Assembly: GCA_041664585.1 (NCBI GenBank)
Contig: JBAYKL010000002.1
Location: 13,494-77,493, forward strand
DNA: 64,000 bases
Direction: 5' to 3'
DNA from: Minisyncoccota bacterium
Lineage (GTDB): Bacteria; Patescibacteriota; Minisyncoccia; Phycocordibacterales; GWA1-40-21
Positions within the stretch are counted from its first letter, which is position 1, and each line of letters opens with the position of its first letter. The notes below the pieces were generated by a model. It was not told the origin of the DNA, ran no database searches, and saw only the letters and a list, made by a program, of their open reading frames with translations. Shown piece after piece: positions 37,407-48,186 of this stretch. A program made the position numbers and the translations under genes.

Positions 37407-37458
37407 CTGTTTTTCGATTTTCTTTTTTATATTCCTAAAATAGCTATATTTATAGCCG

Positions 37459-38454
37459 TTATTTTGTAGCATCTAAATAACTTTTAATTATTTTTTCTAC
37501 TTCCTTTTCTGTATTACATTGCATAAGTTCATTTCTCAATTCTTTTGCTCCATCAAATCCATTCACATACGCTTTAAAATGCTTTTTCATTACAGCAAAA
37601 TTCTTTTGATTCTTTAATAGTTTATTAAAAAGCTTGGTGTGTTCTACGAGTACTTTTAGTTTTTCTTTTATAGAAACTTCTTTTGTTCTCTTAGAATCAA
37701 AGAGCCAAGGATTTCCAAAAATCCCCCTCCCTATCATCACTCCTTCAAATACAGTATCTTTTATTTTCTCTTTACCATCTTTTGGAGATTTAATATCACC
37801 GTTTGCAATGAGGACAACTTCTTTATCTATACCTCTAACAAATTCAGAAATCTCTTTTGCAAGTTCCCAGTGTGCATCAACCTTGGACATCTCTTTTCTA
37901 GTACGTAAGTGTACCGTAAGAGCAACCGGCTTTTCTGCCAAAACTTCTGTGAGCCAATTTTGATAATCTATTTTGTTATATCCAATTCTTGTTTTCACAG
38001 ATATTGGAAGATTCGGCGCACCTCTTTTTGCGGCTTTTATGACTTCTCTGGCAATTTTAGGGTTCTTCATCATTGCAGACCCTGCTCCCTGTTTCTCTAC
38101 CTTTCTATCAGGACAACCCATATTGAGATCAATACCATCAAAACCAAGCTCCGAGATTATTTTACAAGTAGTTTCAATGTTTTCTGGTTTGGAACCAAAT
38201 ATCTGAGCAATTACTGGTTTCTCTTTTTTAGAAAACTCTAAATCTTGAAGAAGCGGCTTTCTGCCTTTTAGAGATGCAATTCCATCTGCAGCAACAAATT
38301 CAGTCCAAAATACATCTGGCCCACCACCTGTTTCCCCATGTCTACTATATTTAGCGATTATTTGTCTAAAGGCAATATCAGTAACATCTGCCATAGGTGC
38401 AAGACAAGTAAAGCCTTTATTTTTTCTTATTTTCTCCCAAAAATTCTTTTTCAC
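37459..38454 (-). CDS. tRNA-dihydrouridine synthase
   Basis: LAPMADVTD, AQIFGS, IDLNMGCP, SVKTRIG, HLRT, ANGDI, MIGRG. Confidence 0.93.
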   Translation of the reverse strand: MKKNFWEKIRKNKGFTCLAPMADVTDIAFRQIIAKYSRHGETGGGPDVFWTEFVAADGIASLKGRKPLLQDLEFSKKEKPVIAQIFGSKPENIETTCKIISELGFDGIDLNMGCPDRKVEKQGAGSAMMKNPKIAREVIKAAKRGAPNLPISVKTRIGYNKIDYQNWLTEVLAEKPVALTVHLRTRKEMSKVDAHWELAKEISEFVRGIDKEVVLIANGDIKSPKDGKEKIKDTVFEGVMIGRGIFGNPWLFDSKRTKEVSIKEKLKVLVEHTKLFNKLLKNQKNFAVMKKHFKAYVNGFDGAKELRNELMQCNTEKEVEKIIKSYLDATK

Positions 38455-38516
38455 AAGGTGATTCTAGCATTTATTTTATCTTTGACCAAGATACAAAAAA
38501 ATGTTATTTTATAAAC

Positions 38517-39044
38517 ATGGCAACAAAAATATTACAGAAAGATAATCCGATACTTAGACAAATCTCTAAGTCTATTTTGGAAAAAGAAATAAAAAGCCCT
38601 AAGATCAAAAAGATTATCTTAGATATGAAAAAAGCTCTAAATTCCCAAGAAGATGGAATCGCTATTTCTGCTATTCAGATAGCCGAACCAGTAAGAATCT
38701 TTTTGATCTCAAAAAAGATATTTGAAATACTTGGAGAAAACAAGGATGAAATAAGAGAGAAAGTCAAAGATCTAATCTTTATAAATCCTAAGATTAAAAA
38801 GTTTTCAAAAGAAAAACAGCTCCTTGAAGAAGGATGTCTCTCTGTAAGATATTTATATGGAAAAGTTTCAAGATGTAAAAAAGTTCAAGTAGAAGCTACT
38901 GATGAAAATGGAAATAAATTTTCTAGAGGATTTTCTGGTCTTTTGGCTCAGATAATTCAACATGAAAATGATCACTTGGATGGCATTCTTTTTATTGACA
39001 AAGCTATAGATATAGAGGAAATTAAACCAGAAAATATTAAATAA
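38517..39044 (+). CDS. def: Peptide deformylase
   Basis: GIAISAIQI, EGCLS, QHENDHLDG. Confidence 0.95.
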   Translation: MATKILQKDNPILRQISKSILEKEIKSPKIKKIILDMKKALNSQEDGIAISAIQIAEPVRIFLISKKIFEILGENKDEIREKVKDLIFINPKIKKFSKEKQLLEEGCLSVRYLYGKVSRCKKVQVEATDENGNKFSRGFSGLLAQIIQHENDHLDGILFIDKAIDIEEIKPENIK

Positions 39045-39908
39045 ATGTTTAATCAAAAAATTAAAATAGCGTTTTGGGGAAGTTCTGATTTTTCTGTTAT
39101 CGCAGTAGAAGAATTAAAAAAACTTGGTATTATACCTGAGCTTATTGTTACAACTCCGGACAAACCACAAGGTAGGAAAATGGTACTCACACCAACTCCT
39201 GTAAAAGCTTGGGCCGTAGAAAACAGTATAGAATGTGTCACTCCATCAAAACTAAAGGACCCAGAATTTTTAAAAAAGATAAAAGAATACAATCTTATGA
39301 TCGTAGCTTCGTATGGAAAGATAATTCCACAGGAGGTTATAAATATCCCTGAATATAAAATATTAAACATCCATCCGTCTCTATTACCAAAATACAGAGG
39401 TTCTTCCCCACTTCAATCTCAAATATTAAACGATGAATTTGAAGTCGGAGTATCAATAATGCAAGTGGATATTGAAATGGACCATGGTCCCATAATTACT
39501 CAAAGAAAATTTGTGATAAACAACTGGCCTATTGGCTTTACTGAATTACAAGATATTTTAGCAAAAGAGGGTGCAAAAATTATCTCTGAAATATTGCCTG
39601 ATTGGGTAAAAGGAAATATAGAAACGAAGGAACAAAAACATTCTGAGGCAACTTTCACAAAAAAAGTAGAAAAAAAAGATGGATTTATTGATATAATAAA
39701 CGGAGACCAATTTAAAAACTACCTAAAAATTCTTGCCTATGAAGAATGGCCTAGGGCATATTTCCAAATAGAAAAGAAAGGAATAAAAACCAGAATTATA
39801 ATTAAAAGCGCCACCTGGGAAGATGGGGCTCTTAAAATACTTCGGGTTATACCAGAGGGTAAAAAGGAAATGGATTATAAATCTTTTCTTTTGGGATTAC
39901 AAAATTAA
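39045..39908 (+). CDS. fmt: Methionyl-tRNA formyltransferase
   Basis: TPDKPQGR, VASYGKI, NIHPSLLPKYRG, MDHGPI. Confidence 0.95.
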   Translation: MFNQKIKIAFWGSSDFSVIAVEELKKLGIIPELIVTTPDKPQGRKMVLTPTPVKAWAVENSIECVTPSKLKDPEFLKKIKEYNLMIVASYGKIIPQEVINIPEYKILNIHPSLLPKYRGSSPLQSQILNDEFEVGVSIMQVDIEMDHGPIITQRKFVINNWPIGFTELQDILAKEGAKIISEILPDWVKGNIETKEQKHSEATFTKKVEKKDGFIDIINGDQFKNYLKILAYEEWPRAYFQIEKKGIKTRIIIKSATWEDGALKILRVIPEGKKEMDYKSFLLGLQN

Positions 39909-40043
39909 TTGTAAAAAGAACTGGGCGTTGTTGAGCGATAATAATTTATCGCTTTTTGCATTCCATATGCTACATGACAGACGTATAAAACAAAAATCAT
40001 TATGAGAGTAAAGGAAATCGCCACGGTCTTTTTGCTTAATTTC

Positions 40044-40418
40044 CTATTTAGGATCATATATACCTTTCAATAGATCTTTGATTTTTGCTCCACCCTTTCT
40101 AAAAAAACTGTTTTTCTTTTCTTTATAAGATTTCAAGGCTTTTGCCATTTCATCATTTACAGAATCTATAGCCGAATATAAGTCTTCTTTCTCTGATACC
40201 GCTCTGAGAGTCTTCCCTCCAAGATGTAAATTAAATTCCGCTTTAAAGATATCCCCAGTCTTATGATGATTACTAGTCTTACCAATATCTACATAACACA
40301 TTACTACCTCCATTTCTTCGGGGTTTATAAATTTATCCAAGTGAGAAAGTCTTTTTTCCACATACTCAGTAATAGCAGGAGTTAGAAAAGTATTTGTCAT
40401 TTTAATATTGTGCTTCAT
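40044..40418 (-). CDS. Ribosome hibernation factor HPF/RaiA
   Basis: LTPAITEYVEKRL, EDLYSAID. Confidence 0.9.
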   Translation of the reverse strand: MKHNIKMTNTFLTPAITEYVEKRLSHLDKFINPEEMEVVMCYVDIGKTSNHHKTGDIFKAEFNLHLGGKTLRAVSEKEDLYSAIDSVNDEMAKALKSYKEKKNSFFRKGGAKIKDLLKGIYDPK

Positions 40419-40422
40419 AATT

Positions 40423-40644
40423 TTATTTATCTAAACTTATAATCTTGCCCGGAGAGTGATGACCGCTCACTATCCTTACATCACCATTATACACCTTAAA
40501 ATATTCACGGACCAGTTCAATTACTCTTTTGTTTGCTAATCCTCTTTCTGCTGGTTCTTTCACAGTTATATCAAAATGATCCTCGGATTTTTTGACGAAC
40601 TTCTCTGTTTTTGCACCTGCTTTTACTTTTACCTTTATATACAT
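40423..40644 (-). CDS. DUF167/YggU family protein
   Basis: VKEPAERGLANKRVIEL, IVSGHHSPGK. Confidence 0.88.
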   Translation of the reverse strand: MYIKVKVKAGAKTEKFVKKSEDHFDITVKEPAERGLANKRVIELVREYFKVYNGDVRIVSGHHSPGKIISLDK

Positions 40645-40731
40645 ATATAAAGGTATATATTAACCCCTAAATTATAAAAAACAAAATCCCCAGGACTTAG
40701 TCCTGGGGATTTTGTTTTACCAAGTGAGATA

Positions 40732-41007
40732 TTATCTCATAGGTCTGAAAGGTCTCTTTTCAAGTGGTTTTGCTTCGTTGACGGTAAGCTTTCTACCATC
40801 CATTTCAACACCGTTGAATGATTCAATAGCTTTATCAGCTTCATCATCATTAACCATGCTTACGAAACCAAATCCTCTTGATCTGCCAGTCATTTTGTCT
40901 ATCATAACGATAGCTGACTCAACAGCGCCGGCCTTTGCGAAGAAATCTGCTAACGCAGCATCATTTGCTGAGTAAGGAAGATTTCCTACATATAATTTCT
41001 TTGCCAT
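40732..41007 (-). CDS. RRM RNA-binding protein
   Basis: RNP2 LYVGNL, RNP1 RGFGFVSM, LTVNEAKP. Confidence 0.95.
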   Translation of the reverse strand: MAKKLYVGNLPYSANDAALADFFAKAGAVESAIVMIDKMTGRSRGFGFVSMVNDDEADKAIESFNGVEMDGRKLTVNEAKPLEKRPFRPMR

Positions 41008-41289
41008 TTGTTTTCAATTTTCTACTAAAGTCGCAGAAACGACCTAAAATCTCAAACGGCTAAGAAAAACTTAAACCTACGAGAATTGTTACTGCTTTGC
41101 TAGTATAGCACAAATAAAACAATAAATCAACCTTACCCAATACTTTAATTATTTCGTCAATATATACTTAATAGTTTTAACTATAGTATCCCTATAAAGC
41201 CACTGGATAAATCAAAGAAGTACATCAATCATCTAATATCTACAAAAACAGTGTACAAATAAGCATTTTTCTGTTAGAATACTCCGACA

Positions 41290-43296
41290 ATGAACAAACA
41301 GAAAGAATACAAGAAATTTGCTGGTAAAGATAAAAGAAACAAAACTCCTTTTAAAAATCAACAAAAGAAGCAAGGCAAGACAATACTAGGAACCATTAAA
41401 TCAGTCAGAGGGAATGTCGCCTACTTCATATCTGATTTAGATTCATCTATGGTTGAAATATCTACTAGAGATCTAAACACTGCGATGGCTCAAGACAAAG
41501 TAGAAGTTTCAGTTTTTGGTAAAACAAAATCTGGAGAACCTATGGGTAAAGTAGTATCTGTAATAACAAGAAACAAAAAAGTGTTTGTTGGTACAATTCA
41601 GATATATAAAAATGAATTTTTTGCTGTACCAGATGATAGAAAAATAAAACTTACAATAAAAATCTCAAAAGAGAAATTAAAAGAAGCAAAAGAAGGAGAC
41701 AAGGTACAAGCAAGAATAACTAAATGGGAAATCCTACCAAAATATTCTGAAGGTGAAGTCCTAGAAATAATCGGTAAGAAAGGTGAAAACAATACCGAGA
41801 TGTCTTCTATTGTTTTAGACAGAGGTTTTGAAGTAACTTTCCCAGATAAAGTAGAAGCAGAAGCTACTAAAATTGCCGCAGCAAACAAAACTGTACCAAA
41901 AGAAGAATTCGCAAAAAGAAAAGATTTAAGAAATACTCTTACTTTCACTATTGACCCGAAAACAGCAAAAGATTTTGATGATGCTATATCATTCAAAACC
42001 CTTGATAATGGTAATTATGAAATCGGTGTCCACATCGCTGATGTATCTCACTATGTCACAGAGAGAAGCGAACTAGACAAAGAAGCTTACAAAAGAAGCT
42101 GCTCTGTATATCTTCCAGACAGAACAATCCCTATGCTCCCCTTTGAGCTTTCAGACAATCTTTGTAGCTTAAATGAGAATGAGGAGAAACTCGCTTTTTC
42201 TGCTATTTTTGAAATGGATAAAAATACGCATATCAAATCAAAATGGTTTGGTAAGTCTGTTATTAAATCCGCAAAAAGATTTACATACGAAAGCGCACAA
42301 GATTCAATAAACGACAAGACGGCTCAGTATCACAAAGAGCTAGCCGAGCTCAATCGTCTTGCAAAAATAATGCGTAAAGTAAAGACAGAAAAAGGTGCAA
42401 TAGATTTTGAACAAGATGAAATCGCTTTTGAGCTAGATGAGAAAGGCGTTCCAATAAAAATATATAAAAAAGCAAGATTAGACACGCACAAGCTTGTCGA
42501 AGAATATATGCTTCTTGCAAACAGAGAGGTCGCAGAGTTTGTATACAAATTCGAAAAGAAAAGTGGAAAGGTTATTCCCCTTCCATACAGAATTCACGAT
42601 CTCCCAGACAAAGAAAGAATTGGTGAACTTGCTATCTTCGTAAAAGCTCTTGGACATCAATTATTCATAAACAAAACAGGTTCTGTTACTGGTAAAGATA
42701 TGCAAGCTCTTTTTGCTCAGGTAGAAGGAAAAGCTGAAGAAGGTTTGATAAAGACAGCAGCAATACGCTCAATGTCAAAAGCTATTTACTCTGTAAAAAA
42801 TATTGGACACTTCGGTCTAGCTTTTGAATATTATACTCACTTCACTTCCCCTATCAGAAGATATCCTGACTTACTCGTACACAGAATGGTACAAAAAATC
42901 CTTACAGGAGAAAAAATAGATGAAAGAAATTATGCTTTCTATGAAAATGCTGCAAGACACAGCACTGACCAAGAAATAAAATCTGCAGAAGCAGAAAGAG
43001 AAGGAAGAAAGTACAAGCAGATTGAATTTATGCAAAATAAAGTCGGACAAGTTTTTGAAGGTTCAATCACTGGTGTTACTGAATGGGGTATTTATGCAGA
43101 AGACACAGAAACAAAAGCTGAAGGTATGATAAAACTTTCTTCACTTGGTGATGACTTCTACGTACTCGATGCAAAAAATTATAAAATAGTTGGAGAGAAA
43201 ACAAAAAATACTTACACTCTCGGACAAAAAGTTAAGATAAAATTGGTTAGTGCTGACTTAGACAGAAAGACGATGGATTATGAGATAGTGAAATAA
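41290..43296 (+). CDS. rnr: Ribonuclease R
   Basis: TIDPKTAKDFDDA, VHIADVS, YTHFTSPIRRYPDL, C-terminal S1. Confidence 0.93.
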   Translation: MNKQKEYKKFAGKDKRNKTPFKNQQKKQGKTILGTIKSVRGNVAYFISDLDSSMVEISTRDLNTAMAQDKVEVSVFGKTKSGEPMGKVVSVITRNKKVFVGTIQIYKNEFFAVPDDRKIKLTIKISKEKLKEAKEGDKVQARITKWEILPKYSEGEVLEIIGKKGENNTEMSSIVLDRGFEVTFPDKVEAEATKIAAANKTVPKEEFAKRKDLRNTLTFTIDPKTAKDFDDAISFKTLDNGNYEIGVHIADVSHYVTERSELDKEAYKRSCSVYLPDRTIPMLPFELSDNLCSLNENEEKLAFSAIFEMDKNTHIKSKWFGKSVIKSAKRFTYESAQDSINDKTAQYHKELAELNRLAKIMRKVKTEKGAIDFEQDEIAFELDEKGVPIKIYKKARLDTHKLVEEYMLLANREVAEFVYKFEKKSGKVIPLPYRIHDLPDKERIGELAIFVKALGHQLFINKTGSVTGKDMQALFAQVEGKAEEGLIKTAAIRSMSKAIYSVKNIGHFGLAFEYYTHFTSPIRRYPDLLVHRMVQKILTGEKIDERNYAFYENAARHSTDQEIKSAEAEREGRKYKQIEFMQNKVGQVFEGSITGVTEWGIYAEDTETKAEGMIKLSSLGDDFYVLDAKNYKIVGEKTKNTYTLGQKVKIKLVSADLDRKTMDYEIVK

Positions 43297-43344
43297 AAAA
43301 AGCGGTTCCCAAAAAGGAACCGCTTTTGAACAACCCTTTTTTCA

Positions 43345-44733
43345 TTAGATTGTTCTGACCGGAAAAGGTTCAGTGCCAAGATTAGCAAGATTTCTCCCGC
43401 AATACCTCGCACCTTCACCACATTTACCAGTCTGCATGCATGGAGGCTCAAAGAAAGATAAGACCTCCTCATTACCTGCAAGATGCTTTCTGGCACCACA
43501 GCTCAATTGATATATTTCTTCTTGAGCGCAGAGACAGAGACGTTTTGCCTGTTCGTGTGCAATGGCATTAATCGTCCCTGACTTTTCGTATGTCACCATC
43601 GCACCATAAGGAGCCAGAACTGCAGCCAGAGTCTTTGGTAGCTCTTTAGACAACTTTAGCCAAGCTACCATCAAAACCTCAAGCTCCACGTCAGCCCCCA
43701 GTTGTTTTAATAACGGCGGCGAATATACAAAACCGTTGAATGAAGGCTCTGTTCTTCTGACTGTTCTGTGCCGCTGATCCTGCCCCATAGTGGCACAAGA
43801 GATAGATATCTCCATGCTGATATTTGATGCATTGTTGTCCATCAAACACGGCAGGAAATGTAACCTATCAACCGGATGCATATCATCTTTCCCCGGTTTT
43901 TTAATCCTGGGTACGTACAGGTTTTTCAGTCCACAGGATGGATGATATTCCGTTCCTGCGTAGAAACCTGGAATAAACGGCACCCAATCCTGTTTTTTCC
44001 TTCTCTCCTCTACAAAGGCAAAGGATATTTCCGGAAATTTCTCCAGGACTAAGTCCCGCATCATATCAGTCACGTTCCTCAACACCGGACTCCACGAGCA
44101 CTCCCACATAGTAACAAGAGTGATCAAATCAATCGTGTAGTCCAACCCGGTCGGCATTATTATTGGAATAAACATCCGCATTTGCTCTTGAGCAATCTTG
44201 GGGAAGTTATTTTTAAAAGAATCTGGTGCATTCGGTCTTTCCTTTTGAGAAACCTTCGCAACCAAATCTGTAGCCGAATCAATATAGTAACGGTAGCGAG
44301 CAATCGCCTTGTCGATGTAATACCCGATTTTATTCATCTGAGAACGGCTAAGCCCCGGCCAGTGAGCATTAATATATTCCATCAGACGTTTTTTGTCTGG
44401 ATTGGAATACATCGCTGCGCAAAAACGACCACTTCGTTGATCCGTATTATAGAACGGATGTGTTAGGTGCAGACCAAATGTCACATCACCCACAGAGACC
44501 CCCTCGATGCCAAAAGTAAAACTGGAGTGTTCCATGGTTGTGTGATGTCCAACTTTGAATAATCTTTCCTTAATATCGATCATGTCACCTAGCATAGGCG
44601 TTTCAGCACCATAGCAATATTTCGCAGCGTGTGAAGCCAAAATTTCTGGCGACACACTAGGCAAACAAACCAAACCGACCTCAATTGTTCCAGAGGTTTT
44701 TGATGGGATTACATTACCATTCTTGTCTTTCAT
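43345..44733 (-). CDS. ThyX-like FAD-dependent thymidylate synthase (double-length)
   Basis: GHHTTMEH, DQRSGRF, QDQRHRT, KRLCLCAQEEI; about twice single-domain ThyX length; GC-richer than flanks. Confidence 0.7.
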   Translation of the reverse strand: MKDKNGNVIPSKTSGTIEVGLVCLPSVSPEILASHAAKYCYGAETPMLGDMIDIKERLFKVGHHTTMEHSSFTFGIEGVSVGDVTFGLHLTHPFYNTDQRSGRFCAAMYSNPDKKRLMEYINAHWPGLSRSQMNKIGYYIDKAIARYRYYIDSATDLVAKVSQKERPNAPDSFKNNFPKIAQEQMRMFIPIIMPTGLDYTIDLITLVTMWECSWSPVLRNVTDMMRDLVLEKFPEISFAFVEERRKKQDWVPFIPGFYAGTEYHPSCGLKNLYVPRIKKPGKDDMHPVDRLHFLPCLMDNNASNISMEISISCATMGQDQRHRTVRRTEPSFNGFVYSPPLLKQLGADVELEVLMVAWLKLSKELPKTLAAVLAPYGAMVTYEKSGTINAIAHEQAKRLCLCAQEEIYQLSCGARKHLAGNEEVLSFFEPPCMQTGKCGEGARYCGRNLANLGTEPFPVRTI

Positions 44734-44822
44734 TTTCCTGTCCTTTCAGTTTATGTTAAACAACCAAATCTAAATAAACCTTACATAATAAAAATAGTAA
44801 AGTCAAACAACAAAAGATTGCG

Positions 44823-47114
44823 TTATTTCGCAACCTGCACTGCTTCCTCAAATTGTATTGATAGAAGCCTTGAGATACCATCTGAGCCCATTGTGACTCC
44901 ATATATGACCCCTGCGCGAGACATTGTTTCTCTATTGTGGGTTATAAGAATAAGCTGAGAATATTTAGAAAGGTTGGCTATCATATCTCCATATTTTCTA
45001 GAATTTGCTTCGTCGAGTGCTGCGTCTGTTTCATCCAAGATGATAAATGGTGGTGGATTAACCTGAGAGATCGCAAAAAGAAGTGCAATAGAAGTAAGAG
45101 CTCTTTCTCCACCTGAGAGCATCATCAAACCTTTTATTTTCTTCTTCGGTAAATTTACTTCTATATCAAGACCCTCTTCTTGTTCTTCCTCTTCTTCGGT
45201 AAGATCACCAACTTCCCCTTCACCAGGGACAGTCAAATCTGTATCAGATCTTTTTCTCTTCTTTTCTTTTACCAAAGAAAGTTTAGCAGAACCTCCACCG
45301 AACATTGCAGTAAAGAATTCTTGAAATTGAATATTTATTTTTGTAACACCAAGCCTAAATTCATTTGTAAGTTTTTCATCAAGTTCTTTTATAAGAATTT
45401 TTAGAGATTCGGAAGACTTAAACAAATCTTCAAGCTCTTTTGCTAAGAAAACATCTCTTTCAGAAGTTTCTTTAAACTCTTTCATTATTTCATCGCCACC
45501 AGCGACACCAGCATCTTCCAAGCGAATTTTTATCTTCTCAAGTGCTCTGCGTCTATCTTCCTGAACTTGTCTTGGTTCACTTATAATTTCTTCTAAGGAA
45601 ATAGCCACACCACCTTCATTTACTGGCCAAAAATCTTTATATCTCAAAGCCTGAATGCCCACAAGGATTCCACCTTCTTGTAATTCCCTCTTTAAATCTT
45701 CTTCATTTTTTCTTAAGATACTTTCTCTGCCTTCAAGATTGCTTAAGTGCCCACGAATATCATTCTGCTCTGCAACGATTCTAAACAATGCTTTTTCTGC
45801 GTCTCTATTTGAATCTCTTTCTTTTTCTATTTCGCTCTTCAAAAATACATATTGCTCTTCAAGCTCTGTTTCTAGCTTTTCTGCATCTTTTATTTTCAAT
45901 TCATATCCACCTTTTTCAGATTCTAATCCCTTAATATCACTTTCAATTTCTTGCTCGGCTTGTTTATTTTCACTTTCTTTGTTTCTTTCTATAAAATCCT
46001 TAAGGAGTTTCTTGATGTTTCTAAAAATCTCTTTAACCTTTGATATATCAGAAGTTTCAAAAGCTCCATCGATTTCTAAATCTATTTCTTTTGTGACATT
46101 TTCTACCTGAGAAAGTAAAACCGTCTTGTTCGTCATCGCACTATTTGCATCTTTCTGTTTTTTGAGAAGACGAATAAGAGAGGAGATTTCTCCCTCTATT
46201 CTACCAACATTTCTCATGAGAGAGTCCTTCAAAATACGAGTTTCTTTGAGCTTCCCTTCAACTTCCATAACCTTCTCGCTTTTATGATCTCTAGTATTTG
46301 ATTTGGCTAAAGTTTCTTTAGCTTCAGCCAGCTCCTTTTCTAATTCTTCTTTCTTTTTTAAAAGAGGTTCTTTTTCTGACAAAACACTTTTTCTTTCATT
46401 ATTTAAATATGATTCCTCACGGCAAAAGTACTCATGATACATCTTAGTGAGATCAGTTTTCATTTCTACTGCCTTTTCTATTTTTTCTACTTGTTTCTTA
46501 AGGAAACGAATATGCGGAGCAATCTCTCTTCTTAAAGATTCAACTTGTTTAATATTTTCTTCTGTCTTATCAAGCTTTCTTATACTCTCTTCTTTTTTGT
46601 ATTGATATATTTTTAATCCAAGAGCATCCTCTATCATTTCCCTTCTCTCTCTAGTATTTGCATTAAGTACCTTATCAGCCTCACCTTGAGAAATAATATG
46701 GTGTCCAGAAGCACCAATATGCGCACCCGCAAGAAGTTCTATAATATCTTTTAATCTTACAAGACTTCCATTTATAAAATACTCACTGGAAGAATCTCTG
46801 TGTACTACACGCTCCAAAGCAACTTCATCAAAATCAAGATTGAGTACTCTTTGTACGTTGTTGAAAATAAGTTTTACAGAAGCTCTATTTGCACGAGGTG
46901 CATCTTTACCTCCATTGAAAATTAAATCCTCAGCTCTTTTACCACGAAGAGATTTTATAGATTGTTCACCAAGCACAAAACGAAATGCTTCTGCGGCATT
47001 TGATTTACCAGAACCGTTTGGACCAACAACAGCAGAAATAGGTGTATTGAAATCTAATACACTTTTTTTAGCAAACGATTTAAAACCAGCAATTTCAATA
47101 CTTTTTAAATACAT
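44823..47114 (-). CDS. smc: SMC-family ATPase (short)
   Basis: GFKSF, GPNGSGKSN, IISQG, LSGGE, ILDETDAALDEAN, ITHN; in rnc-smc context. Confidence 0.9.
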   Translation of the reverse strand: MYLKSIEIAGFKSFAKKSVLDFNTPISAVVGPNGSGKSNAAEAFRFVLGEQSIKSLRGKRAEDLIFNGGKDAPRANRASVKLIFNNVQRVLNLDFDEVALERVVHRDSSSEYFINGSLVRLKDIIELLAGAHIGASGHHIISQGEADKVLNANTRERREMIEDALGLKIYQYKKEESIRKLDKTEENIKQVESLRREIAPHIRFLKKQVEKIEKAVEMKTDLTKMYHEYFCREESYLNNERKSVLSEKEPLLKKKEELEKELAEAKETLAKSNTRDHKSEKVMEVEGKLKETRILKDSLMRNVGRIEGEISSLIRLLKKQKDANSAMTNKTVLLSQVENVTKEIDLEIDGAFETSDISKVKEIFRNIKKLLKDFIERNKESENKQAEQEIESDIKGLESEKGGYELKIKDAEKLETELEEQYVFLKSEIEKERDSNRDAEKALFRIVAEQNDIRGHLSNLEGRESILRKNEEDLKRELQEGGILVGIQALRYKDFWPVNEGGVAISLEEIISEPRQVQEDRRRALEKIKIRLEDAGVAGGDEIMKEFKETSERDVFLAKELEDLFKSSESLKILIKELDEKLTNEFRLGVTKINIQFQEFFTAMFGGGSAKLSLVKEKKRKRSDTDLTVPGEGEVGDLTEEEEEQEEGLDIEVNLPKKKIKGLMMLSGGERALTSIALLFAISQVNPPPFIILDETDAALDEANSRKYGDMIANLSKYSQLILITHNRETMSRAGVIYGVTMGSDGISRLLSIQFEEAVQVAK

Positions 47115-47121
47115 ACGGAAA

Positions 47122-47466
47122 TTATTCTATTTTATATAAATCTTTTATAAACTTCTCAATCTTTTTATCTGGGGTATCAAAAAGCATTTCTTCATCTTGA
47201 AATCCGCTACCTATAAGTCTATGCCAAAGAATATATTCTTTGGGCTTTAAATCTGCACTTTCAAGCTCATGCTCAAAAGTGGCTATTTTCTTTCTGTCTT
47301 CAGCAAACTCTTCTTTAGCAATTAAGTCCTGACTAAGCTTTAAATAATAAGCTTCTATTTCTTTAGTTATATCGTCCCAAACAACTTGCTGTTCTTCAGG
47401 CAAATCAAAATTACCCTCTTCATCTACAATTATTCTCTTGGGTTGTTCCGGTATTTTCTCTGTCAT
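47122..47466 (-). CDS. Hypothetical acidic protein
   Basis: 114-aa ORF in operon between rnc and smc. Confidence 0.65.
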   Translation of the reverse strand: MTEKIPEQPKRIIVDEEGNFDLPEEQQVVWDDITKEIEAYYLKLSQDLIAKEEFAEDRKKIATFEHELESADLKPKEYILWHRLIGSGFQDEEMLFDTPDKKIEKFIKDLYKIE

Positions 47467-47481
47467 GTAAATATTATACCA

Positions 47482-48180
47482 TTAAGCCCAACCTTTTTCT
47501 TTCAGGGCATGTTTAGCAGCTTCTTGTTCGGCTTCTTGTTTAGATTTACCTTCACCTTCAGCTACTTTTTCATTATGAATAAATACACCAACGGTAAATT
47601 TCTTGTCATGATCAGGACCTTCTTCTTTTACTGTTTTATAAAGCGGAGTTTCTCCTTCTTTATCTTGCGCTCTCTCCTGGAATTTACTTTTTGCATCAAG
47701 CCACATTTGGTCTTCAACAATTTTCTCTATCAAAAAGAAAATGTTTTTTGAAATAAAATATTTTGCAATATCATATCCCTGATCCAAAAAGATTGAGCCT
47801 ATAAGAGCCTCAATAGTATTCGCAAGAATAATTTGTCTTGCTCTACCTAAATCTTTTGCCTCACCTTTTGAAAGTAAAAGGAAATCATTCATTCCAATTT
47901 TCGCTGCAGCCTCTGAAAGAGTCTCTGCTTTTACAAGAGCAGATCTATATGAAGTAAGCTCACCTTCTGTTTTGTCTGGATACTTAGCATACAAATATTC
48001 TGTGACTATAAGTTCAAGAACGGCATCCCCAAGAAATTCTAATCTCTCGTTATGACCCATCTCTGTATCTCTGTGTTCATTCAAATAAGACCTGTGGGTA
48101 AAGGCCTGTGTTAAAAGAGACTTATTCTTAAAAGTAATCCCTAGTATTTCTTCAAATTTTGTAAAATCTGGTTTATTCAT
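47482..48180 (-). CDS. rnc: Ribonuclease III
   Basis: HNERLEFLGDAVLEL, dsRBD GKSKQEAEQEAA. Confidence 0.97.
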   Translation of the reverse strand: MNKPDFTKFEEILGITFKNKSLLTQAFTHRSYLNEHRDTEMGHNERLEFLGDAVLELIVTEYLYAKYPDKTEGELTSYRSALVKAETLSEAAAKIGMNDFLLLSKGEAKDLGRARQIILANTIEALIGSIFLDQGYDIAKYFISKNIFFLIEKIVEDQMWLDAKSKFQERAQDKEGETPLYKTVKEEGPDHDKKFTVGVFIHNEKVAEGEGKSKQEAEQEAAKHALKEKGWA

Positions 48181-48186
48181 AATTGG

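Noticed and set aside
36990-37438. ORF-track proteins 36990-37331(-) and 37130-37438(+)
   Set aside because: They overlap strongly base-paired RNA, have atypical composition and lack plausible start signals; treated as spurious.
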